Shown: one piece after another, positions 1 to 11,574 of the stretch | Position numbering within the stretch: the stretch's first letter is position 1 | Layout of the letters: each line of letters opens with the position of its first letter | Source of the DNA: Octopus vulgaris | Lineage: Eukaryota | Length of the DNA stretch: 64,000 nucleotides | Direction of reading: 5' to 3' | NCBI GenBank assembly: GCA_951406725.2 | Contig: OX597821.1 | Span: 29,822,001 to 29,886,000, forward strand | Notes under the pieces: generated by a model | Database searches by the model: none | What the model was told of the DNA's origin: nothing | The model's input: the letters and a program-made list of their open reading frames with translations, nothing else | Made by a program: the position numbers and the translations under genes

Positions 1-1165
1 AGATAAAATGCTAACACAAGAAATTAAAAACGTGTAGTCTTTGTTGCTCTGTTTGCGGTGAACAGAGATTTAGAAATTGCCAACTTTCTAAATGTTGAAA
101 TAACTTTTTGTGTGCAAAGTGCGGATAGAATTAGAAGTTTAGTGGGTTCAAATATAGTGGAGAAAAAGATAAGCATATTCGAAGTCAAGGCTGTATAGGG
201 ACACCGCAACACATTCAACGGGCTCAAAAACGTTATTGATGATGATCCCGGGAAACCATTGAGGTGTCAGATGGGGATATCAAAGCAGTTTAGTGCGAGG
301 AAATTCCATTTAAGATGTATGTACTGAAAAGAAGCTAATTCATATCTGAAAAGACAGGAAAACCCTTTCATTCGTACCAAGCACGGTTACTTAACAAGGT
401 TAAATACTCTCACAAACATAGCATGCTTTGATTCTACTCCGATCGAAAAAAAAACAACAACTTTATAAGACCAAAAGGTTAACTGGAGAAATGACAGATG
501 ATTATGAGCAGATCCTTCTGCTGTTCCCAGAGTGATGGTCACTAAGATTCCAGTTACTGTGATGAGTTTAGGGTTTGTGAGTAATGACGGTCATATCATG
601 CCAGCTCAAATCTTTCCACAGGGTCTTAGAATTAATGCTGCTGGATAGGTTGAGGTGCTGTAGACTGGTATTAAATCGGAGATGAACGGATGAAGTATAC
701 AGTGGAAAGCCATATGCGTTTCAGCAAACTCAGCACATTCTCATAGCGCCAATGTTATTCAAAAAATGGATGTCAGATAATCCTTGCGATCACATAACAC
801 CAACCAGCCTTGTGGGTTATAAACTCGACAGATTTAAATCCCATAGACTATTAAGTTTGGAGTGTTGTTGATAGCGGGACTAATCGAAATCCTCAAAATA
901 CTTGACTGAAGCTTCACTGAAGGCCGCCAATGTCGAGATGAAATCTAAAATGTATAAAGATCATTTAGTGCAGGTATGTCAACGATACCAGACCTGCATT
1001 GAAGCAGACATCAATGCAGAAGGTGCATTTGTAGGATAATTAGGAAAGCTTATGAAGAATATTTATGCACAGATTTTTCTTATTAATATGCTTTTAGTTT
1101 TTGGTAGGTTAGAATTGCTTTATTAAATTTACAAAAATCTCCTCAAATTCCCTTCATTCCTTGTA
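1..1165 (+). mobile_element. Degenerate IS630-Tc1-mariner (DD37D/maT-like) transposase relic with right TIR
   Basis: Broken frames read VMSLGFVSNDGHIMPAQIFPQGLRINAA (~560), FQQ.SAHSH (~720), DLNPIDY*VWSVV (~830) and IEADINAEGAFVG* (~1000). Many stops and frameshifts. TIR-like end ...ttcattccttgta at ~1165. Confidence 0.8.
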
Positions 1166-1522
1166 TTCAGATCTTTATGCAAAGAGATTTCATATTGGCA
1201 TTGTTTTACTTCTGCATTTCATTACAAATTGTTATATTGCGAGGATGTCGTAATTATATAACAATTGCTTAACATTAATTACCAGTTAATTACATATTTA
1301 AAGCCGGTGACTCCATTACGATCGTTCATCGCTGTGTAATTTCTGTGATTAGTTACTTTTCATTTTGTTGTTGTTTCTGACATAAATCACATTTACTTCA
1401 AGATCCTAATATCGCTTTAAGATGTCGTGTGGACACTTCAACTTGCCAGTAGCACCGTTTAAGATGGTTTCAATTTAGTGGACGCCGTTCTGGTTCCTAT
1501 TGCTTTCAAATCTTGTTTGACA

Positions 1523-1956
1523 TTCTTCTTCTTCTTCTTCTTCTTCTTCTTCTTCTTCTTCTTCTTCTTCTTCTTCTTCTTCTTCTTCTTCGTCTTCTTC
1601 TTCTTCTTCTTCTTCTTCTTCTTCGCCTTCTTCGTCTTCTTCTCCTCCCCCTCCTCCTTCTCCTCCTTCTTCTCCTCCTCCTCCTTCTCCTCCTCCTCCT
1701 CCTCCTCCTCCTCCTTCTTCTCCTCCTCCTTCTCCTCCTCCTCCTTCTCCTCCTCCTTCTTCTCCTCCTCCTTCTCCTTCTCCTTCCTCTTCTTCTTCTT
1801 CTTCTTCTCCTCCTCCTTCTCCTCCTTCTCCTCCTCCTCCTCCTCCTTCTTCTTCTCCTACTCCTCCTTCTTCTTCTCCTCCTTCTTCTTCTCCTCCTTC
1901 TTCTCCTCATCCTTCTCTTCTATTCCAATTTGCTTTGTATTCCTCTTGATGTTTAC

Positions 1957-2007
<51 letters not shown>

Positions 2008-2042
2008 CATCATCATTATTATTATTATTATTATCATCATCA

Positions 2043-2118
<76 letters not shown>

Positions 2119-2129
2119 TATTATTATTA

Positions 2130-2163
<34 letters not shown>

Positions 2164-2185
2164 CATTATTATTATTATTATTATT
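1523..2185. repeat. Compound microsatellite (TTC)n/(CTC)n followed by (TAT/CAT)n
   Basis: Directly visible; explains the poly-F/L/S/R/I/Y ORFs. Confidence 0.98.
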
Positions 2186-3037
2186 CTATGTTTGACTTTT
2201 GCTTTATATTTGTACAAGTTGGCTCCAAGTCTCACCCAGAGACCTCAAGAGACAACAGGGTTGGAAGTTCATGTTGTTGTTATGCCTAGTGTGCCATATA
2301 TTTGGGGGGTGGGGATGTTGTACTAATGAATGTCTAAAAAGAAAAAAAAAAAGGTTTTTTTTTTTTTTTTTTTTTAAACCGAAAATTATGTTTGTTTTAA
2401 ACCTTGAGATTACATAGAGAGTATTTTGCGTAGGATATGAGCAGTTCCCATGAGCACTATCTTTTGAACTTCTGCCATTTTTGGGTTTCCTGGTATCTGA
2501 GTTAGGTAGCTATCAGCCCCTTTTGCTATCATTCCCAGGGCACCTATGACAACAGGTATTGTTTTAGTCTTCAGCTTCCACATTTTGCTGATTTCTATTT
2601 CAAGATCTTTATATTTGCTCAGTTTTTGGTAGGTCTTGACAGATACGTTTATATCGATTGGGACAGTCATATCAATGAGGAGGCATGTTCTTTGTTTGAA
2701 GTTTTTCAATATGATGTCTGGCCTATTTGCATCTATCTTCCTGTCAGTTTGAATGGTGAAGTTCCAGAGGAGTGAGATGTGGTCATTTTCAAGCACTGGG
2801 GGTGGTTTGTGTTCCCACCAGTTTTTTTCATGGGGCAAATCCAGGTTTTTACAGATTACCCAGTGAATATATTGTGCAGCTCTATCGTGCCTGTTGAGAT
2901 ACTCTGTAGGCGCTAGAAGACTGCACTTGGAGACCACATGGTCAATGGTTTCATTTTGTTGCTTGCATACACGACACGTTGGACTGCTTCTGATCTTTAA
3001 TATGTTGGCCTGGTAGTTTCTTGTTGGTAGGCATTTC
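2186..3037 (-). mobile_element. 5'-truncated Dong/R4-clade non-LTR retrotransposon inserted in a (TAA)n array
   Basis: Encodes a CCHC finger plus restriction-like endonuclease, followed by a ~220-nt 3' UTR. (TAT)n on both flanks; TAA-repeat targeting is established for Dong. Confidence 0.88.
2410..3033 (-). CDS. C-terminal CCHC zinc finger + restriction-like endonuclease of the Dong/R4 ORF (open frame, 5'-truncated)
   Basis: CRVCKQQNETIDHVVSKC, RHD, RPDII, LLIDMTVP, KLSKYKDL and PVVIGALG motifs. Confidence 0.88.
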   Translation of the reverse strand, partial: CLPTRNYQANILKIRSSPTCRVCKQQNETIDHVVSKCSLLAPTEYLNRHDRAAQYIHWVICKNLDLPHEKNWWEHKPPPVLENDHISLLWNFTIQTDRKIDANRPDIILKNFKQRTCLLIDMTVPIDINVSVKTYQKLSKYKDLEIEISKMWKLKTKTIPVVIGALGMIAKGADSYLTQIPGNPKMAEVQKIVLMGTAHILRKILSM

Positions 3038-3051
3038 TATTATTATTATCA

Positions 3052-3082
<31 letters not shown>

Positions 3083-3644
3083 TATGAGTTTTTCTTCTTC
3101 CTTCAAGTTTGTTTCCGTTTCTTAATGAGTGCCTTATCGAAACCTAGGGCAAAAAATGTCACTGTATACATTGATAGAGCATTAACTAGCACACTAGATA
3201 GTTCATAGAAATCCTAATGGGAAACCGGTCAAGTGTATTCTTATATTTTAGAATATAATCAAATTAATTAATTAATTAATTCTAATATATTCTCGGTGTA
3301 TTTTCAACTTCATTTCTTCTATATATTCATAGATGTTCCGGTGAATGTATATAAGTATACACACGTGTGTATATGAAGCAGGATATATGTCTATCAGTGT
3401 CGTCTCAATTCTCCCCCTCCCTCCTTTATCTAAACACACACATACACACGATGCTATCTGTAGAAAGTCCATGCCAATTTACAATTACCAGGAGGTAATT
3501 GTAAATTGGCAATCTGGCCAGAATCCTTATGTAGAAAAATCTTTATTGGCCTCCATTAACGCGTTCTGTTTCACTTTTTCTCTTCTCTTTTTCCCCTTTT
3601 CCTTCTCTCATTGTTTCGAATTATTTCACATTCAATCTGTACAA

Positions 3645-3676
<32 letters not shown>

Positions 3677-3900
3677 GTAAAATAATATGTGACAATTATT
3701 CAATAGCCAAGATAAAACTCTGAGTTTCGGATGCCGAGGTGGAAATCCACAACACCATCTCTTCGGTTAGCTGGCCATCTGAAAAAGGTTTTATCTTGGC
3801 TATTGAATAATTGTCACATATTATTTTACAGATAAATTTCCTCTATTTACATAATATTGAGGTCTCTTTCTTTCTTTTGTTATCTTACTGTTTTTACTAA
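3677..3900. mobile_element. Penelope-type terminal fragment with ~42-bp inverted arms and a hammerhead-like motif (3710-3772, minus)
   Basis: Arms gtaaaataatatgtgacaattattcaatagccaagataaaac and its reverse complement. Minus strand reads CCGAAGA-stemII-GAAA-CTCaGAG-TT. Flanked by (TA)n. Confidence 0.6.
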
Positions 3901-3919
3901 TATATATATATATATTATA

Positions 3920-4126
3920 TACGAGAAGATGCTGAAAGTTCCTGGTTTTGGCTAAAAGAAAATATGGGAAGATAATTATGATTTTATTCATCATACTCCC
4001 CTCTCAGTTCTTCAGTTCGACATATTCCCTCAGTATTTCTAAGCCCTATAAAAGAACTCAGAAGGTTGAGATTCCAACCTTTCGCGATGCCCTTAAAACC
4101 GGGAAATTTTCAACACCCCCCTCGTA
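3920..4126. mobile_element. Mariner-derived MITE
   Basis: Imperfect TIRs tacgag..gctgaaagttcctggtttt / aaaaccgggaaattttcaaca..ctcgta; TA on both flanks; no ORF. Confidence 0.75.
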
Positions 4127-4128
4127 TA

Positions 4129-4192
<64 letters not shown>

Positions 4193-4264
4193 GGTCCCGG
4201 GTTGAGTCGGGGTTAACCACAATAAATAAGGTACTCAATACATAGCAGAGTAAATTAATTTATT

Positions 4265-4373
4265 TTATAGAAGGAGCTTCTACAGGACTAGAACTGTTTC
4301 ATTCAAATGAAATCTTCAGGATTTCTGAAGATTTCATTTGAATGAAACAGTTCTAGTCCTGTAGAAGCTCCTT

Positions 4374-4379
<6 letters not shown>
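4265..4379. repeat. Perfect 55-bp inverted repeat (5-nt loop) carrying a hammerhead-like core
   Basis: 4265-4319 is the exact reverse complement of 4325-4379. Arm reads CTGAAGA-tttcatttgaat-GAAAC-agttcta-GTC. Confidence 0.85.
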
Positions 4380-4426
<47 letters not shown>

Positions 4427-4446
4427 ATACATACATATATATATAT

Positions 4447-4635
4447 TCCCTTACTTTTTTCAGTCATTTGACTGCGGCCATGTTGCAGCACCGCCCTAAA
4501 GGGTTTTAGTCAAAGAAATCGAACCCAGGACTTTTTAAAAGTCTAGTTCTTTTCTATCGGTTATCTTTTGCCGAATTGCTATGTTGCAAGGATGTAATCA
4601 CACCAACACGAGTTGTGAAGCGCTGGTGTGGGGGT
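4447..4635 (-). mobile_element. SINE family A, 3' half
   Basis: cagtcatttgactgcggccatg..gcaccgcc matches the tail of the full copies at 28.3, 30.0 and 45.4 kb. Confidence 0.85.
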
Positions 4636-5900
4636 TCTATGTTCTTTAGATTCATTCCAAGTGACTTCATAGTAGTCCTTATGCTGTCCTTAAACGTTTT
4701 TTTAGGTTTACACCGATCGTGTTTCCCTTCTGCAAGTTCACTATAAAACAGTTGTTTGGGCATGTGTTCATCCACTATTCTAACAATATGGCCACATCAT
4801 CTCATTTGGCTTCTCAAAATCATAATTTTAATTGAGGTGATGCCAGCAGATGCAAGAACATCTGTGTTTGGAGTAAAAGAACTCCATTTAATGCTTAAAA
4901 TGCGATAAAGGCATTTTTGTTGGAATTGTTCTAACAACTTAAAATGTCTTTCATAACATGTCCATGTTTCACAAGAATACAACAGGGATGGTAAGACAAA
5001 GGATTTGTAAAGAGCCAACTTTGTATTGTAATTTATATGTCGCTGGCGCGAAATGCATGACTCCAAGCCACCGATTGCTTGTGCTGCTCTTTGAATTTGC
5101 AGATGTATTTCTGTATCCAGATTTCCATCATTTTGTACAGAGCTTCCAAGGTAGATGAACAAATCAACCACCTCAAGTAACTTACCCTTGCCAAAAATTT
5201 AGTGAGGTTACAAACAGCAGTTTGATACCTTACAACTGGTTTTTTTTTCAAGTTGATGGTAAAACCAAAATCAATACAAGCTGAATTAAATGCAGATACA
5301 AGATATTGCAGACCCGTTCCAGAACGACTGGCAAGATCACAATCGTCGGCATATAAAAGCTCCCTAATGAGTGAAGTAAAAACCTTCGTTTTGAATTTCA
5401 GTCTGGTCAGATTAAAAACATTCCCTGTTATTCGATATTTTATGTAAATACCCTCCTCAGAGTTCTCAAAAGCGTGTGACAGCACAACAGCAAATTATAT
5501 TGCAAAGAAGGTGTGTGCATCAAGATCTCCTTGCTTTACTACATTTTCCACGGCAAAAGATTCAGAGACCCAACCACCAATATTAACTCTAGCTTTCATA
5601 TCTTGATGCAAAGCTCTGATCATGTTTATTCTGGACAACCTATTTTCCTAAGAATTAGCCACAGAGCATTTCGGTTAACAGTATCGAATGCTTTGCTCAA
5701 ATCAACAAGGCAATGGTATAAGGTAAGATACTATTCAATGCACTTTTCTTTCAATTGTCTGACAGTAAAGATGCAAGATGACGACCGGGACCAGCCTGTG
5801 ATACACTGGGTCAATGCCGAGCCAAGACCTGTTCTCCTGACGTTCCCAAGCCTTTTCTGCCATTTACTGAATCTGTTTGAGACATTTTAGAGTAAATTAC
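4636..5900 (-). mobile_element. RTE-clade LINE reverse transcriptase relic (frameshifted)
   Basis: ORF pieces IRELLYADDCDL, YLGSS, LPSLLYSCETWT, MPKQLFYSELAEGK..KPKKTFKD; upstream FNA-type VDLSKAFDTV motif on minus at ~5680-5710. Confidence 0.9.
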
Positions 5901-5920
5901 ATGTGCAATTTTAGGTTTCT

Positions 5921-6020
5921 ACCAACCAACCAACCAACCAACCAACCAACCAACCAACCAACCGACCAACCAACCAACCAACCAACCAACCAACCAACCA
6001 ACCAACAACCAACCAACCAA
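5921..6020. repeat. (AACC)n microsatellite
   Basis: Directly visible. Confidence 0.97.
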
Positions 6021-6674
6021 TTCAATGATTTTACTAAGATTTGGTGTACGGGAAGTACCTGTGCGGATGAATGATTTTCATTAGGTGTAGCTTGCACTTC
6101 ACTAGCCCCACCTATTGACCCAAGAAGACTTTCGCCGGGGTGATATGAAAATTGACAAAGCCAGGAACTTCCAAGGCCTTGGTTATATTTCGGAGTTTTC
6201 CTTTTCTTAGATAGATTACCAACTAAGGTTGAATAGCTTTTACTTGCCCGTGCGGTAAGCAACCCTATTCCAGACACCAAACCGACATTCAAACATTGTA
6301 TAAAGTGATCAAATATCACTCGGGTTGCCGGAGTCATAAAAAAAGTACACGTGATTTGCAGATAAGAATTGAATTTAAATAAAACATATAAATATAAAAA
6401 AGTAAAAGATATGAAATTTTAAAATATAAATAAAGATTTAAATATAAACAATATATATATATATAAAAGTAAAAATGTACATATATGTTTACATATAAGA
6501 ATAAAAAAGGAAAAAAAAAAAAATATATATCTGTAAATATATATGTGTGTATATATATATATATAAATTTATATAAATAAGGATAAGATCGTTATTTAAA
6601 ATACCGATTATATCAGGCGGCTAGCATGGGAATAAAAACTTCATAGGTAATAATTATTATTATAATTATAATTA

Positions 6675-6821
6675 AAGGGTATCCATTAAGAGATACCATC
6701 ATGCTAGATATAGCAGCCAAAACTTGACTCTAAAAAACTACATTAAGACAAAATTTAATGTGGTTTTCGAGTGAAGTTTTGGCTGCTATATCTAGCATGG
6801 TGGTAGCTCTTAGATACCCTT
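6675..6821. repeat. ~70-bp imperfect inverted repeat
   Basis: aagggtatc..catcatgctagatatagcagccaaaactt..cattaa / ttaatgtg..aagtttttggctgctatatctagcatggtg..gataccctt. Confidence 0.85.
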
Positions 6822-7454
6822 AATCATAATCTTATGTGTATATATATAGAATATTATATTATATGTGTGTATAAGTGTGTATCCCTTAGTGTATAACTCT
6901 TATACACACATATAATAAAATAATAGTTGGCCACTCTTAAAAAATTAGTATTTTTACCTTGTATTTAAAATTTTGTATATATATATATATATATATATGA
7001 CTTTATTCATTCAATTTTACTGATAACAGATTACAATCAGCATAAATATTAGACAAAGAAAAATTAGTTGCTTTCAGATTCCACACAATCACTTTATACT
7101 TGGTATGGATTGCGTAGTATTTTCCTTCGTCTGTGTTTGTGCCTGTGGTTTTAGATGTTCATGTCTGTAGTTTTTAGCTGTTAATGTTTTTATACGACTC
7201 TATCTCCGTCTATTATCTTTTAATATTACTGCAAATCATATTCAATTTACAAACAAAATAACTAAGTGACAAAGAATATCATGAAATATAATCTTTTCTA
7301 CTCTAGGCACAAGGCCCGAATCATAACAGAATATTAAGTTTGATGTATTTGAGTTCTTCGAGACAGTATAGTTCTTAGTCCTGTTCGTATTTTGCTCTGT
7401 ACGTAGATAAAGAAAAATGGCTTTTTATTTGTCTCTAAAAGAAAACCTATATGA

Positions 7455-7579
7455 TTCTGTGGTAAAAAGATTGCCCGGGTTCAGTCCCACTTCATGGCAC
7501 CTTGGGTAATTGTCATAGGATCGGGGTCGACCAAAGCCTTGTGAGTGGATTTGGTTGACGGATACTGAAAGAAGCCCGT

Positions 7580-7630
<51 letters not shown>

Positions 7631-7739
7631 GGATTTAACGTTTCGAGCGGAGCTCTTCGTCAGAAACATAGGAAAGGGAAAGATCCAAGGAAGGGAAGAC
7701 GGAGGAAAAAAATCGCCAACGATAAACACGAGGTCACAT

Positions 7740-7809
<70 letters not shown>

Positions 7810-8070
7810 TGTATGTATGTATGTATGTATGTACGCGTGTCTTTGTGCCTGTGCTAGTCCCCACCAATACCACTTGACAACCGGTGTTGGTGTGTTTACG
7901 TACCCGTAACTTAACTGTTCGGCAAAAGAGGACTGATAGAATAAGTACTAGTCTTAAAAACATAATAGGTCCTGGGGCCAACTTTTTTCGACTAAAACCT
8001 TTTTAAGATGGTGCTCCGGCGTGGCCGCAGTTAGATGACTGCAACAAGTAAAAGAATGAAAAAAAATGAA
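7455..8070 (+). mobile_element. SINE family A (tRNA-like head, internal microsatellite), interrupted by a Penelope-type fragment
   Basis: B-box ggttcagtccc, ccttgggtaa, gaccaaagccttgtgagtggatttgg, tail ggtgctcc..ggccgcagt..agtaaaaga. Confidence 0.9.
7632..7668 (-). ncRNA. Minimal type I hammerhead ribozyme motif (best-conserved copy)
   Basis: Minus strand GUUU-CUGACGA-A-GAGC ucc GCUC-GAAA-CG-UU-AAAU: intact core, 4-bp stem II, palindromic AACGUU stem III typical of Penelope-associated minimal hammerheads. Confidence 0.7.
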
Positions 8071-8339
8071 AGAATATATAGAGAGATGGTTGTATGCAGG
8101 GAATCTTAATTTTTTCCTTTGCAACACGTTATGCTGATTTGTTTTAAGGTTAAATCAGCATTCTATTTAGATGTTTATGCAAATGACTTTGCGAGAATTG
8201 TCGTAATTATATAATAATAATTACCTGTTAATTACATATTTAAGAGTGTTGCCTTCAATACAAGCATACATCCTCGTGCAACTGCTACGATTCGCTTTGT
8301 ATTTTCGTTTATATTGTTACTACTGTTCCTAAAACAGCG

Positions 8340-8530
8340 TGCTGGCAGAATCGTCAGCACGCCGGGCAAAATGCTTAATGGCAATACAAAGTTCTGAGTT
8401 CAAGTTCCGCCGAGGTCTACTTTATTGTCCCTCCTTTCGGAGTCGATAAAATAAGTACCATTGGGGTCAATGTAATAGATTAGCTCATTCCCCTCCAAAA
8501 TTACAGGTATTGTGTATGTAATAGAAAGCA
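8340..8530 (+). mobile_element. SINE family D (Nin-domain-like); further copies at ~8887-9090, 15363-15465, 37455-37620 (+) and 38815-39110, 44305-44690, 52980-53110 (-)
   Basis: Shared gagctggcagaa..ttagcacgccggg..ttctgagttcaaattccgccgaggtcgact..cctttcggggtcgataaaataagtacc. Confidence 0.85.
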
Positions 8531-8845
8531 TTGGAAGTGCAATGGCCCAGTGGTTAGGGCAGTGGACTCGCGGCCGGAGGATCGCAGTTTTGATTCCCAG
8601 ACCGAGCATTGTGTGTATTTATTGAGCGAAAACACCTAAAGCTCCACGAGGCTCCGGAAGGGGGTGGTGGCGACCCCTGTTGTACTCTTTCGCCCGAACT
8701 TTCTCTCACTCTTTCTTCCTGTTTCTTGAGTAACGCTGCGATGGACTGACGTCCCGTCCAGCTGGGGGGAACACATATGCCATAGGAACCGGGAGACCGG
8801 GCCCATGAGTGAGCCTGGCTAGGCTTGAAAAGGGCGCATAAATAA
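8531..8845 (+). mobile_element. SINE family B (tRNA-Arg-like head)
   Basis: A box tggcccagtggttagg, anticodon-like ctcgc, B box ..gattccc; conserved gagcgaaaacacctaaagctccacg core. Confidence 0.9.
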
Positions 8846-9110
8846 TAGATAAATAGAAAACATTATTAGTTTTGCTGTAGTTGTTAAAGCGGCGAGCAGG
8901 CAAAATATTAGAGCCCTGTCCAAATTCTTTAGCATCAGTTCGTGTGTCTTCACGTTCTGAGTTCAAATTCCGACTTAGCTTTTCGTTCTTTCGGGGTCGA
9001 TAAATTGAATTCCATTTAAGCATTAAAGTCTATGCAATCGACTAGTACCCTCCCCTAAAATTTCGGGCCTTGTGCCTAAAATACAAACTATTATTATTAT
9101 TATTATTATT

Positions 9111-9687
9111 GAGTGAGCGAGCAGAGCATGCCATCAAAGTGACACTGGGGTAAAATATACGAAGCCCAGTATACCCATCATGACTACCCGTCTGATAAGG
9201 GTACACTAGGCACATGCATCACAACCATATGTGCGCGACATGGTGATCTCATATCAAGATAAACAGCACATGACCTTGCAGGTGGAGCCCAGTTAGAATT
9301 TTCTTCAGATCGAGTAACCCATCCCGCTCAAAAGGTCCCTGAATAAGGGTTGTTTAAGGACGTTGAACGAAACACCCATGTTTCCAGAGGTGAATTATTC
9401 AAACCCCAAAGAATCCTTCTCAACACATGGCTATGATGCTCCCCCACTACTTCTGCTCGTGATCAGAGATGCACATATCGTCAGCCACTAAGGGACATGC
9501 TCAACTGGTTAAGGTCAAACAACTGACAAGCAAATCTGTGGTATTGAGCAGAATATTTGCTGTAGCCCATCTTTTATACCAAGACAAAACAATGTACATG
9601 ATAACACTTCCAATCAGTTAAGATCAGAAGCCATGAGAGCCACTGCCTGGTACTGCATCAGGGCATAGAGCCACTGCCTGGTACTGC
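9111..9687 (-). mobile_element. Non-coding ~580-bp element embedded in a (TAA)n array (probable non-autonomous Dong-mobilised element or long 3' UTR)
   Basis: (TAT)n on both sides, no ORF, 21-bp direct repeat agagccactgcctggtactgc at the right end. Strand is inferred. Confidence 0.55.
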
Positions 9688-9757
<70 letters not shown>

Positions 9758-9760
<3 letters not shown>

Positions 9761-9848
9761 TAGTTTTATTTTTATAGCGTGCTTTCACTTCACTACCGAG
9801 CGCAGCTCTGTGTGCCTTGGGTATGTGCTGTGATTTGTTGTGATGCTC
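9758..9848 (-). mobile_element. Short 3'-UTR-like fragment in a (TAA)n array
   Basis: ~90 bp of unique sequence bounded by (TAT)n; minus strand ends aaaaataaaactactg-(AAT)n. Confidence 0.5.
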
Positions 9849-9903
<55 letters not shown>

Positions 9904-10114
9904 CATTAACGCAATATTCTGTTAAAAAGTGACGCTAACAACACTGATTATCCAATATAAATCACATTTCAAGTTTCTTCTTAAGAGGTCACGTGAACAC
10001 TTAAACTTGCCAATAACTCTGCTTAAGGTGATTTCAATTTAGTGGATGCTGTTCTAGTGGTTCCTTTTGCTGTCAAGTTTTGTTTGACATTTTTCTTGAT
10101 CGAGGTGTTTTTGA

Positions 10115-10185
<71 letters not shown>

Positions 10186-10564
10186 CACTCTCCTCTGTCG
10201 CCCTTATGGCAAATAAGTAACGACTGTTGGTATTTGTTTATGTTTCTATGCAAAATTGAAGTATTGTCTATTAGAAAATGTAAATTAATTTTTTTGTTCC
10301 ATTATTGGGTCCGAAGACTTCTGACAGAAAGTACTTCCGTTAGGTTAAACGTAGTTACCAGGAATACAGTTCCTTATTAGAAAGTCTTGTTTATATTTGT
10401 AACAGTTTGAAACGAAACGATAGTGAACGTGGTTGCTGGAAATGCCAGAAGCAATAGCCAGCTCGATCTCAAATCACTCCTACTTGAAAAGAGGAAAGAG
10501 ACATTCGATAATATAGACTTAGATATAATGTGTTTACAAACGATGTGGATGACAGAGATCAGAA

Positions 10565-10720
10565 GTGAGTGGGAGATGAAGGGGAGATGAAAAAGGAAAA
10601 GAAAAGAAGAAAAACGGAGAAGATGAACAAAAGAAGAAAATGGAAGAGAAGGATGAGGAGGAGGACGATGTGAAGTAGCAGTAGCAAAAGAAGCAGTGGC
10701 AGCAGCAGAAGAAGAAGAGA

Positions 10721-10752
<32 letters not shown>

Positions 10753-11103
10753 AAAGGAGAAGTAGAAGAAGAAGAGAAAGGAGAAGAGGAAGAAGAAGAA
10801 GAAGAAAAGAAGTAGAAAAAGAAGAACGGGAAGAAAAAGAAGTAGAAGAGGAGAAAGGAGAAGTAGAAGAAGAAGAGAAAGAAGAGGAGGAAGAAGAAGA
10901 AGAAGAAAAGAAGTAGAGGGAGAAAAGGAAGAAGAGAAAGAAAGGAGAAGGAGAGGGAGAAGAAGAAGAAGAAAGAAATAGAAGAAGTAGAAGTAGAGGA
11001 AGAAAAAGAGAAGAAAAAGAAAAAGAAGGAGAAGGAGAAGAAGAAGAAGGAAAAGGAGAAGAAGAAGGAGGAGGAGAAGAAGAAGAAGAAGAAGAAGTAG
11101 TAA

Positions 11104-11136
<33 letters not shown>

Positions 11137-11175
11137 AAGAAGAAGAAGAAGAAGAAGAAGAAGAAGAAGAAGAAC
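10565..11175. repeat. Purine-rich (GAA/GAG/AGT)n low-complexity tract
   Basis: Directly visible. Confidence 0.95.
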
Positions 11176-11574
11176 TAATTACTTTCGAGCTTTGTCGTAT
11201 CTCTCTGAAACTCATCACGAGATGGAATATTTTCCATTCTGTTCCCTAATGAATCATCTTTTCTGATTGTGCTTTAGTCTTTTCCCCCCACTGTTGTTCT
11301 TACCACAGTAGTATATACACCAGTAGTATATACTGAAGTAACAGGTAATTGTTATTCCTAAGATATATACTTAGTTTCACTAGTTCAGAATGACCACCGT
11401 AACATAGATAGAGACTTTTGGCGTAGTCCACATATTTATTTTTCATTGACTACTACTGCTTCGCTGTCCCTATTTCTAAGTTTCCTAAATACTTAGACGA
11501 TTTACTTTCTGTCTCTTTTTCCTTTAACTTACCCTATTTTTCCTCTATGTATACATTTTTTTTTCATTGTAGTT

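Noticed and set aside
1478-2326. Long poly-F/S/I/L/R ORFs (also 10559-11218, 38229-38662, 46446-47249)
   Set aside because: Trinucleotide repeat artefacts.
8531-8605. tRNA-Arg-like genes (also ~33074, 52393, 53158, 63389, 37960-38030)
   Set aside because: SINE heads: no proper acceptor stem, they continue into repeat bodies, and several have TSDs.
9610-9665. Faint resemblance to U2 snRNA (atcagttaagatc, cctggtactgca)
   Set aside because: Two short patches only; no U2 5' end, branch-site recognition sequence or Sm site.
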